Part shown: positions 8,714-15,884 of the stretch, in pieces | Layout: each line of letters begins with the position of its first letter | Numbering within the stretch: the first letter of the stretch is position 1 | Origin: Candidatus Micrarchaeota archaeon | Lineage (GTDB): Archaea > Iainarchaeota > Iainarchaeia > Iainarchaeales > JAGVWC01 | Assembly: GCA_043803815.1 (NCBI GenBank) | Contig: JAZDJR010000007.1 | Span: forward strand, 1 to 21,024 | Reading direction: 5' to 3' | Length of the DNA: 21,024 nt | Notes under the pieces: generated by a model | Seen by the model: only the letters and a program-made list of their open reading frames with translations | Databases searched by the model: none | Told to the model about the DNA's origin: nothing | Made by a program: the position numbers and the translations under genes

Positions 8714-8966
8714 TTACCGATTTTTTATTTTTCGAATCACCCAAAGCTGGTTTTTGTGATCGATTCCATTGGAACCCACAAACCCGTTTATTTTTCGGTT
8801 ATAAACTTGTTTTTTGCCAAAAAGATCGGGTGTTTTTCCGCTGGCTTCCTCAATAACAATTTTCATAGCGGTCGTATCATAAATCATGCAAAAAGGAAAA
8901 ATTCTTTTTGATTATTTTCCCACCGTCTTTAGCCAATTTAATCGCAAATTTCTTTAGGTTCGTCAT
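8714..8966 (-). pseudogene. Internally deleted inositol monophosphatase (SuhB/FIG family) remnant
   Basis: From 8966: MTNLKKFAIKLAKDGGKIIKKNF (IMPase N-terminal helix). In a shifted frame, 8887-8714 reads IYDTTAMKIVIEEASGKTPDLFG...GFVGSNGIDH (degenerate WD-x-AA-x-x-IVEEAGG-x-VTD-x-x-G...ASNG-x-x-H). The central DPIDGT catalytic region is absent. Confidence 0.7.
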
Positions 8967-8980
8967 TTTTTCACGTCGGT

Positions 8981-9457
8981 TTAAGCGCTTTGGTTGGTGA
9001 CCGTTGCCGTCTCGTTCGACTCGGGGACGGTTTTCTCGGCCTGTTTTTTCTTTTTTTGCCGCTCGGCCAGGTTAACCAAAAGGTCTCGTTTTCGCCACTT
9101 TCGCTTGCCGCCGGCATCGCTGGTCTCAAAAAAGCCCAAATCGCATAGGGTTTTGAGGTGAGGGTATAAACTTCGTTCGTTTTTGTACTGAATACCGAAA
9201 AGTTCCATTATGCGCCGTCGGATTTCTTCCATGTCAATCCATTCGTCAAAACCAATGACTTGGTTAAGATGGGCTGCTTGGGTGTTATCTTTAAAGTCGA
9301 CCAGGTCCCAGACTGAAACAACGTCTGGTATGGGTTGAGCCGTTGGTTTGGAACTTTCGGCGGTTTTGGTCTCTTTTTCGGGCTTTTTGGGTTCATCGCC
9401 GAGTAAATTCAGTAAAAACGTTCTTATTGCGGATTTAAGGCTCATCAGTATTATCAT
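8981..9457 (-). CDS. Hypothetical protein with probable winged-helix DNA-binding domain
   Basis: EWIDMEEIRRRIMELFG...ERSLYPHLKTLCDLGFFETSDAGGKRKWRK has helix-turn-helix plus beta-wing pattern; flanked by low-complexity charged linkers. Start may be 9445. Confidence 0.7.
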   Translation of the reverse strand: MIILMSLKSAIRTFLLNLLGDEPKKPEKETKTAESSKPTAQPIPDVVSVWDLVDFKDNTQAAHLNQVIGFDEWIDMEEIRRRIMELFGIQYKNERSLYPHLKTLCDLGFFETSDAGGKRKWRKRDLLVNLAERQKKKKQAEKTVPESNETATVTNQSA

Positions 9458-9520
9458 GACGGTAATTACTTAAAAACATTACTATCATTACCATAAAGAC
9501 AGTAATTACCAGTAATTACC
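9448..9520. promoter_or_regulatory. Array of GTAATTAC palindromes and CATTAC half-sites upstream of the wHTH gene
   Basis: GTAATTAC at 9462, 9502 and 9512; CATTAC at 9477 and 9486. Confidence 0.55.
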
Positions 9521-9848
9521 TGAAATTGTGTTTTCACTAGTAGTTATTCTGTTTTTTTGAGGTGGCCATCGCTGGCATGAGTTGGAAGAGACGTTTTACA
9601 TGGCCATTTTTAGGGGCTTTTGACGTCGTCAAGACTTTGGTCGTTTTTACCCTGTTTTTTCCTCAAAACCAAATGCGGCCCTGAACGGGGTTCGTGCTTT
9701 TCCACGGTCGTTTTTTCAAGAATTCGAAAGAACCTTCAGGGGTGAAATTGGCATTTGCTCTTGTGGGCCAGTTAAACAGTCTTTTTAGACTTGCAACTAT
9801 TGCTTCGCGACGTTTTCCATACTGTTTTAGAAGCAGTTTTTTGAAGAA

Positions 9849-9923
9849 TAGCGGGGGAAGGATTTGAACCTCCGACCTCTGGGTTATGAGCCCAGCGGGC
9901 ACTCCTAGCTGCCCTACCCCGCT
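9849..9923 (-). tRNA. Initiator tRNA-Met (CAT)
   Basis: AGCGGGG...CCCCGCT-A acceptor stem with the archaeal A1-U72 pair, three consecutive G-C pairs in the anticodon stem, loop CTCATAA, T-loop TTCAAAT; CCA not encoded. Confidence 0.97.
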
Positions 9924-10103
9924 ATTTTATGCCAAAAACGGTTAAATTTGGCTTATTTTTGGATTTAAAGTAAAATTTATGGTTTTTTCAATAATTTAAC
10001 TTATTTTTTTCTTTTGTTTTTTGTTTAAACTGCTATTTGTCCTTATTTATTGCTCTTTTTTTGATTGGTTTCGGTTCCAAACTTGTCCTACTTTTTGTGT
10101 TTT

Positions 10104-10640
10104 TTAGTTCATTTTTTCAAGTTCAGTAAGTTCTTTTCTCAGCTTTTCGAGGTTTTGGTTGGCATTTTTCAATTTTTTTTCGTTATTGGTCGAAACCAGC
10201 TCTTTTCCGCATTCCGGGCATCTAAACTGGTATTCGGCCGCGATTTCAAACGGGTGGCTTCCGCAGCCTTTTTTGCAGTTGAAAAAAACATAATTTTGTT
10301 CAAAATCCCTCTTTTTTTCGAGTTTTGAGACTTCTTCGGCCTGTTGCTCGAGTATCAGTTCTGCAATGCGCTCGGTCTTGATGGTCCAGGTGTAGGAGTA
10401 CCAGCCGGTTTTGTTGTTTCTGGTTTTTTGGTAGCAGGCCACTCCCCGGTAGTGCAAGCGGTTAAGCGTTGTCCGAATTTCGGTGATTTTGGCATTGATT
10501 TTCTTGGCGATTTCCTCGTCCGTTGTTTCTTTGCCTTTTTTGTCGCAGAACTGGACGACTTGTAATGCGAATTCTCCGCCGATGTTGCGCACGAATTCCT
10601 GGGCGATGGGTAAATTCATTATCGTGCGCTGCTTGGCCAT
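10104..10640 (-). CDS. tfe: Transcription factor E (TFE alpha)
   Basis: TDEEIAKK...EIRTTLNRLH...GWYSYTW winged helix followed by Zn ribbon (CKKGC...AAEYQFRCPECG) and C-terminal coiled coil. Confidence 0.93.
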   Translation of the reverse strand: MAKQRTIMNLPIAQEFVRNIGGEFALQVVQFCDKKGKETTDEEIAKKINAKITEIRTTLNRLHYRGVACYQKTRNNKTGWYSYTWTIKTERIAELILEQQAEEVSKLEKKRDFEQNYVFFNCKKGCGSHPFEIAAEYQFRCPECGKELVSTNNEKKLKNANQNLEKLRKELTELEKMN

Positions 10641-10690
10641 GGTATATTGGAACCTGTAAAAAACAATTTATAAACGGTTGCAGTGGAATT

Positions 10691-11215
10691 TCAAAGTTGT
10701 AAAACTTTTTTTCCTTTTTTTTGCGGGACAATGCGCAGTTTTGCGTTGGAAAATTTTTTCCGTAGTTCTTTTCCTTTTTGCAGTTCGTGCAGGATAATGG
10801 CCAATGCTGCGGTTTCGCTGTGCGGTTGTCCCGTAACGCTTATGTTGTAATCGGCGATTTGGTAAACTTCCCACGGTACTTTTTCTGCGCCCACCACGAT
10901 GCAAATTTTGCGTTTTGTCTGCAGTTTTTTCGCGATTTTTTGAATCGGTTCCCCATACATGGTTGAATGAACAAGGGTAAATCCGTTTTTTTGTTTTTCG
11001 CGGAGGGTTTTTTTCCAATTCGAGGAATAAGTTATGTAGAATTCACCGCCCCATCGCTCGGTTATACTTTGAACCGTTTTTTCAATCTGGGGCTCGTGTT
11101 CTCCGCACAAAATTATTTCGTTTGCCCCTAACGCGCGGGAGGTTAACGATACATGAGTGGTCGTGCGCAGGTCGCGTCCGACGCGGTGCCCGAGGCGAAT
11201 AACGCTGATTTGCAT
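10691..11215 (-). CDS. trm56: tRNA (cytidine(56)-2'-O)-methyltransferase
   Basis: RLGHRVGRDLRTTTHVSLTSRALGA, RWGG, HSTMYG, VVGAEKVP, ADYNISVTGQPHSE: archaeal aTrm56 SPOUT signature. Confidence 0.95.
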   Translation of the reverse strand: MQISVIRLGHRVGRDLRTTTHVSLTSRALGANEIILCGEHEPQIEKTVQSITERWGGEFYITYSSNWKKTLREKQKNGFTLVHSTMYGEPIQKIAKKLQTKRKICIVVGAEKVPWEVYQIADYNISVTGQPHSETAALAIILHELQKGKELRKKFSNAKLRIVPQKKGKKVLQL

Positions 11216-11314
11216 GCATTATTGACTGAAACGCAATCTTTAAACACGAATCTTTAAATGCCTTTTTGGGGCAATTATCTTTACTGTTTTTATTGAACAG
11301 TTTTTTTCCCGCAA

Positions 11315-11387
11315 GGGGGCGTAGCTCAGCTGGTAGAGCCCCGGCCTTTTAAGCCGGTTGTCGTGGGTTCGAGCCCCATCGCCCTCG
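11315..11387 (+). tRNA. tRNA-Lys (TTT)
   Basis: Cloverleaf: acceptor GGGGGCG/CGCCCTC, anticodon arm CCGGC-CTTTTAA-GCCGG, T-loop TTCGAGC, discriminator G. Confidence 0.95.
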
Positions 11388-11483
11388 TTTTGTTTTTCTT
11401 TCCAAAAAAGAAAAGCAAAACAAAATTGGATATTGGTTTGGAAAATTATCCAATAACAAGGAATTTTTGCAAAACAAAAAATA

Positions 11484-11555
11484 GGGCGCGTAGCTCAGCG
11501 GTAGAGCACTCGGCTCTTAACCGAGGTGTCGAGGGTTCGATCCCCTCCGCGCTCG
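11484..11555 (+). tRNA. tRNA-Lys (CTT)
   Basis: Cloverleaf: acceptor GGGCGCG/CGCGCTC, anticodon arm CTCGG-CTCTTAA-CCGAG, T-loop TTCGATC, discriminator G. Confidence 0.96.
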
Positions 11556-11568
11556 CTTCACTTTTCAA

Positions 11569-11769
11569 TCAGATTTTTTGCATTCCGTCGCACATGGGAA
11601 AAGCCGTGCAGCCCCAGAATTTGCCGTATTTGCTTTCGGCAAGTTTCATCGGAATTTTGCATTTTGGGCAAAGCGGTTCTTTGGTTTTTTGCAGGGCGTG
11701 TGCGGAGCAAACGGGCACTCCTTTGGCGTTGTATTTGGTCGCGGTTTTTCCGCAGACTGCGCAGTTCAC
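11569..11769 (-). CDS. Small double zinc-finger protein with a topoisomerase-type C4 zinc ribbon
   Basis: CAVC...CSAH followed by CPKC-x3-M-x5-KYGKFWGC-x2-FPMC. Confidence 0.8.
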   Translation of the reverse strand: MNCAVCGKTATKYNAKGVPVCSAHALQKTKEPLCPKCKIPMKLAESKYGKFWGCTAFPMCDGMQKI

Positions 11770-11823
11770 GGCTGAATAAAAGACCGAACCCTTTTTTAAT
11801 TGCTTCGCGTCAAGTTGATTATA

Positions 11824-12075
11824 ATGAAGAAAAATAAGAAAATAAAAAATTCAAAAGACTCCTTTTGGGCGGAAGGCTCCTTTGCGGAAACCATGAGTTC
11901 AAACGATATGAAGAAAAAAATGAAAACGATTCAAGAGCGGCCGGATGACCCATTGGATTTTAATTGTAAACAATGCAACACAAAAATATCCGCGCATAAC
12001 AAAGATTGGCACGCCGGTATGTGCGATGACTGTTTTAATAAAAAATATTTTCCGGATACGATTGAAAAACGATAA
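11824..12075 (+). CDS. Small basic hypothetical protein with C-terminal CxxC...CxxC zinc finger
   Basis: CKQC...HN...H..MCDDCF; ATG at 11824 (or a downstream Met). Confidence 0.6.
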   Translation: MKKNKKIKNSKDSFWAEGSFAETMSSNDMKKKMKTIQERPDDPLDFNCKQCNTKISAHNKDWHAGMCDDCFNKKYFPDTIEKR

Positions 12076-12175
12076 TTGCTGAATCGGTTTTTTGGTTTAT
12101 TCCTGTTTTCTTGGGCGTTTCACCGGCAATGACGGGCTTGCAAAGCACCTTAACTGCAAAATTCGATTTGTTTTA

Positions 12176-12955
12176 ATGGTTCAAACGACTTATGGCGCAA
12201 TATCAGACTCGGAATTGCAAGAGCCGGTATTTTCACGTTTGCCAAGCGTTCCTTTGCCGGTACTTCATGAAAATTGTCCGACTGAATTGAATCCTGAACT
12301 GGCGTATTTTGTCGGATACTTTTTTGGCGACGGCGGACTTAAAGATGTAGAAAAATCGTTTCAAAAGACCGACCATCGAGAATACAAATTAATTATTGCC
12401 GACGAATTTGAATTGCAAATGAAACTTATTCAGCGGTTGTACGGTCGACTGTTTGGCGTTATTCCACCAATTCGGTATGAACGAATAGAAAAAGGCGAAA
12501 GAACGTTGTATATTAACCCGACTTCAAAGCGCGTTTATCTTTTTTTGACAACTGTTTTTGAACTTCCAAAGGGTTCCAAAACGTCCGATTTGCACATTCC
12601 AAAAGTTATTTGGTTCGCACCTCGGGAACTTCAAGCGTGGTTTTTGCGCGGTTTGTTTGATGCGGATGGGGACACGAGAGCGGTTGAAGCGGGTTTTCGT
12701 TCCGCACCGCGTGTGAAGTTGCGGATGAAATGCATTTCGTTTGTGCAGGAAGTGAAAATGCTTTTTGAGCAAGTGTTTAACATGCACGTAAACGGCCCCT
12801 ATTTTGATAAAAATAATGCGTCGGCGTACATTCAAATAGAACGATTTTCGGATATTTGTGAATTATCCAAAAATGTGCTATTTTTGCATCCAATTAAGCG
12901 CTGGCGGCTTACAAAGACTGCGGATTTTCTCTTGTTAAAGTCCAATGCTTTATAA
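12176..12955 (+). CDS. Free-standing two-motif LAGLIDADG (DOD-type) endonuclease family protein
   Basis: ELAYFVGYFFGDGGL and WFLRGLFDADG motifs plus PKGSK...IPK; no intein splicing termini. ATG at 12176 preferred over TTG at 12092. Confidence 0.88.
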   Translation: MVQTTYGAISDSELQEPVFSRLPSVPLPVLHENCPTELNPELAYFVGYFFGDGGLKDVEKSFQKTDHREYKLIIADEFELQMKLIQRLYGRLFGVIPPIRYERIEKGERTLYINPTSKRVYLFLTTVFELPKGSKTSDLHIPKVIWFAPRELQAWFLRGLFDADGDTRAVEAGFRSAPRVKLRMKCISFVQEVKMLFEQVFNMHVNGPYFDKNNASAYIQIERFSDICELSKNVLFLHPIKRWRLTKTADFLLLKSNAL

Positions 12956-12984
12956 ATATTCTTTGTAAGATATGTGTACTAATT

Positions 12985-13078
12985 GGGACTGTAGCTTAGC
13001 TGGGAAAGCATCCGGCTGAAGTGGCATTATCGTGCCTAAGTGACCGGAGGATCGGGAGTTCAAGTCTCCCCAGTCCCA
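12985..13078 (+). tRNA. tRNA-Phe (GAA) with a 21-nt intron at canonical 37/38 (13022-13042)
   Basis: Acceptor GGGACTG/CAGTCCC-A; anticodon arm TCCGG-CTGAAG[intron]A-CCGGA; intron hairpin GGCAT/GTGCC; BHB with one G-A mismatch in the central helix; TATA box TTTATAAATA at 12949-12958. Confidence 0.93.
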
Positions 13079-13117
13079 CTTCTTTTTTTATTTTTTTCAG
13101 AATCAGAAAATAAAATC

Positions 13118-13141
13118 GTGGCGGAAAATTTTCGCCGCCAC
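13118..13141. terminator. Hairpin between convergent tRNA-Phe and the minus-strand genes
   Basis: GTGGCGG-N10-CCGCCAC with T-rich tracts nearby on both strands. Confidence 0.45.
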
Positions 13142-13164
13142 CCGAATTTTTTTTGCGAAAAAAT

Positions 13165-13230
13165 TTAGCGTTTTCTTTTTTTGGTTGTGCGTTTGGTTGT
13201 TTTTTTCGCAGTTCTTCGTTTGGTTGCCAT
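13165..13230 (-). CDS. Putative 21-aa Lys/Arg-rich microprotein MATKRRTAKKTTKRTTKKRKR
   Basis: Clean ATG...TAA frame, GGAG upstream, TATA-like TTTAAAAG about 60 nt upstream, hairpins just downstream. Confidence 0.5.
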   Translation of the reverse strand: MATKRRTAKKTTKRTTKKRKR

Positions 13231-13414
13231 TTGTTTTTTCAACTCCGATGCCGTTTGAATAGGCACTGAATAATTAGTGTCGAAAAGTTTCTTTTAAAGT
13301 TTTGCAGGGTACGCATGTTTAAATACAACGTACACAATCAGAAACGGCGTTGTTCTGCCGCTTTTTGTTTTTTTTGCCGCAAAAGTATTTTTTTTCAAAT
13401 GTTTTTGGCGAATT

Positions 13415-14986
13415 TTATTTTTTTGAGGTTTTTTTGGGTTTCTTTTTTCGGATTTGTTTTTTTTGCCGTATCGGAAACAGTTTTTTGTTTTCAGCCGGCT
13501 TGCTGGTTGTGCTTCCCGTATTTTTCATTTGGGGAAACAAAATGACGTCTTTGATTGTGGCCTGGTTGGTCAAAAGCATTACAATGCGGTCGATTCCAAT
13601 GCCGAGTCCACCGGTTGGGGGCATTCCGTATTCGATAGATTTGATGAAATCTTCGTCTACGGGTTCTGCGGTTCCGCCGGCGCGTCCTTCGCCTGCTTGT
13701 TTTTCCAAGAATTTTCGTTGCAAAGCTGGGTCGTTGAGTTCGGAGTACGCGTTTGATATTTCCCAGCGGTTAATGTATCCTTCGAATCGTTCGATTAATT
13801 CTGGGTTATTGCGGTGGAGTTTGCAAAGCGGCGTGGTTTCTTTGGGGTAATCGATTAAAAATGCGGGCTGAACCAAGGTGCCTTCGCAAAGAGCCGCGAA
13901 TAATTCGGCAATTAATAATCCGCGGATTTTGGGGCCGTCGTATTCTGGAATGTGTTCTTTAACTAATTTTTCAAGTTCTTTATCGGTTAGCGTGGTAACA
14001 TCGATTTTGGCTATTTCTTTGAGCCCGTCAAGCATAGCAAGGCGTTTCCACGGCGGCTTCAAGTCGATTTCGATTCCTTGGTAATTGATTATTGTCGTGC
14101 CCAGTACTTTTTGGGCGATAAACGCAATGGCGTTTTCGGTGAATCGCATCACGTCTTCGTAGTCCCAGTAGGCAGCATAGCTTTCCATGCTGGTGAATTC
14201 GGGATTGTGGGTTTTGTCGATGTCTTCGTTGCGAAAATTGTGGCCGATGGTGTAAACTTTTTCCATTCCACCGACAATTAGGCGTTTCAAATAAAGTTCA
14301 GGGGATACGCTGAGAAATAAGTCTTGTTTTAGCGCGTTGGAAAACGTTTTGAAGGGTTTGGCATTGGCCCCCCCGTACACGGGTTGTAACAGCGGAATTT
14401 CCACTTCGATGAATCCTTGTTGTTCCAAGTATTCGCGCATGGCGGAAATAATTTGACTGCGTGTTTCAAATACTTTGCGGACTTCGGGGTTTATGGCTAA
14501 ATCCAAGTAGCGTTGGCGGTAACGCGTTTCCACATCCGATAATCCGTGCCATTTTTCGGGCAACGGCAAAACGCTCTTGCCTAAAATTTGGAGTTCGGAA
14601 ACGAGTATGGTGATTTCGCCGCGCCGGGTTCGGACTACACGCCCATAAGCGCCGACAAAATCGCCGGCATCAAGCAAAGTGGCGAGTTCGTTGCTTTGGG
14701 GTTTTGTTTCGTTTTCTTTGATTTGGAACTGGATTTTCCCGGTTTGGTCGTGTACGTCTAAAAAGGATAATTTTCCAAAGCTTCGGATCGTCATTAGTCT
14801 TCCGCACGCGCGAACTTGGATTTTAGTTTCTTCGCCGTTAATAAGTTTGGAGAACTGTTCGTGGATTTGCTTGGCGGTGTGCGTTCGTTCGAATTTGTAG
14901 GGATAGGGGGTTATTCCCATTTTTCGGATTTGTTCCAGATGCGCCAATTTGCTTTGAATTAGGTCTTGTTCGGCCATGTCCATCAA
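13415..14986 (-). CDS. lysS: Lysyl-tRNA synthetase, class II
   Basis: OB-fold N-terminus, LPEKWHGL, RYRQRYLDL, PELYLKRLIVGG, FRNEDID.THNPEFT (motif 2), ERFE, NAYSELNDP, YGMPPTGGLGIGIDR (motif 3); Lys-rich C-terminal tail. Confidence 0.97.
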   Translation of the reverse strand: MMDMAEQDLIQSKLAHLEQIRKMGITPYPYKFERTHTAKQIHEQFSKLINGEETKIQVRACGRLMTIRSFGKLSFLDVHDQTGKIQFQIKENETKPQSNELATLLDAGDFVGAYGRVVRTRRGEITILVSELQILGKSVLPLPEKWHGLSDVETRYRQRYLDLAINPEVRKVFETRSQIISAMREYLEQQGFIEVEIPLLQPVYGGANAKPFKTFSNALKQDLFLSVSPELYLKRLIVGGMEKVYTIGHNFRNEDIDKTHNPEFTSMESYAAYWDYEDVMRFTENAIAFIAQKVLGTTIINYQGIEIDLKPPWKRLAMLDGLKEIAKIDVTTLTDKELEKLVKEHIPEYDGPKIRGLLIAELFAALCEGTLVQPAFLIDYPKETTPLCKLHRNNPELIERFEGYINRWEISNAYSELNDPALQRKFLEKQAGEGRAGGTAEPVDEDFIKSIEYGMPPTGGLGIGIDRIVMLLTNQATIKDVILFPQMKNTGSTTSKPAENKKLFPIRQKKQIRKKKPKKTSKK

Positions 14987-15027
14987 TTAGAAAAGGAAAC
15001 GATTTTTTAATTGGACTTTTTTTTCGT

Positions 15028-15771
15028 TTATTGGTATGCTTCTTCGATTTTGCGGATTTCGATTCCGTTTTCCCCGATTTGGATGGGGTGCAGGTCTTCG
15101 GAGTGCTTGGTGGCGCGCATTTTGCGGATGTGGAGGGTGCGGTTGGCCTGGGTTCCGACGCCCATGTAATGGAGCAGGATGACTCCGTCGACGACGTATT
15201 CTTCGACTCCGAATTTTCCGAATCGGTTGGAGGTTTCGTCGATTTCGCTGGTCATGATGGAGGTGACTCCGGTGCGTGCCAGCAAATAGGATATTTTCAG
15301 GACAGCTTTTCGGATTTCGTTTTCGTTTTCATAGTTGAATCCCAGCGCGGGTATCGAGTCGATGACGACGCGTTTGGCGTTTATTTTTTTGGCGATGCGC
15401 ATGATTTCAAGCAGCAGTTTGTCCAGGTCGAATCCGGTGACGGGCAGGGAAAATTGTTCGTCGCTGGGTATTCCTATTTTGACAATCGACCCGTCGATGA
15501 TATATAATAGGTTTCGCTGTTCGAGTTCGTGCAGGTCCCATCCGAACCGCAGCATGTCTTGGCGGATGAGTTCGGGTCTTTCGTCCAGTGTTACGTATAT
15601 TCCCGATTCGTTGAATTTTTTGGCGCCGTTGTATAAATATTGGAGTCCAAAGATGGTTTTGCCGGTTCCGGTGGCGCCGCTAACCAGTACGCTTCGTCCT
15701 TCGGGAAAGCCGCCTTCCATTAGTTCGTCCAGTCCGGTTATTCCTGTTTTGGTGCGGTTGGGGTTGTTCAT
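15028..15771 (-). CDS. Single-domain KaiC-like (RAD55/RecA-superfamily) ATPase
   Basis: TGITGLDELMEGGFP, Walker A GATGTGKT, YVTLDE, RVVIDS, EEYVVDGVI, IRKMRATKH. Confidence 0.93.
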   Translation of the reverse strand: MNNPNRTKTGITGLDELMEGGFPEGRSVLVSGATGTGKTIFGLQYLYNGAKKFNESGIYVTLDERPELIRQDMLRFGWDLHELEQRNLLYIIDGSIVKIGIPSDEQFSLPVTGFDLDKLLLEIMRIAKKINAKRVVIDSIPALGFNYENENEIRKAVLKISYLLARTGVTSIMTSEIDETSNRFGKFGVEEYVVDGVILLHYMGVGTQANRTLHIRKMRATKHSEDLHPIQIGENGIEIRKIEEAYQ

Positions 15772-15884
15772 GCTACCTGTATTATTGGCGGTTTCTGGTT
15801 TAATAAGCTTGAGCCAAGCCGGTGCTCGGCGGCCGCATACGTCGTCCCATCTGGCGATTGGACAGCGATATTTTTTTTAGCCAT
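15768..15884 (-). CDS. Putative 38-aa ORF translationally coupled between the PRTase and the KaiC-like gene
   Basis: MAKKNIAVQSPDGTTYAAAEHRLGSSLLNQKPPIIQVA; GAGG upstream; its start overlaps the end of the PRTase gene and its TGA overlaps the KaiC ATG (ATGA). Confidence 0.45.
   Translation of the reverse strand: MAKKNIAVQSPDGTTYAAAEHRLGSSLLNQKPPIIQVA

Noticed and set aside
8764-8774. TTCCATTGGAA mini-ORB-like dyad
   Set aside because: It falls on the GSNGI codons of the IMPase remnant, has no G-string and is a single copy; probably coincidence.
9448-9520. CRISPR array
   Set aside because: Repeats are only 8-10 bp with irregular spacing and no cas genes are present.
9663-9902. 79-aa minus-strand ORF with faint transposase-like YGKR...SLKRLF
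   Set aside because: Starts inside tRNA-iMet; no DDE motif or terminal inverted repeats; similarity too weak to call.
6527-9923. Integrated mobile element from the tyrosine recombinase to tRNA-iMet
   Set aside because: No duplicated tRNA 3' end (att) found, no phage or plasmid genes, and the recombinase looks like housekeeping XerA.
12092-12955. Intein- or intron-encoded endonuclease
   Set aside because: No Cys/Ser start or His-Asn end, no host exteins, and no flanking tRNA or rRNA halves.
15028-15771. Circadian clock KaiC
   Set aside because: Single domain and no kaiA/kaiB; fits the widespread archaeal KaiC-like signalling ATPases.
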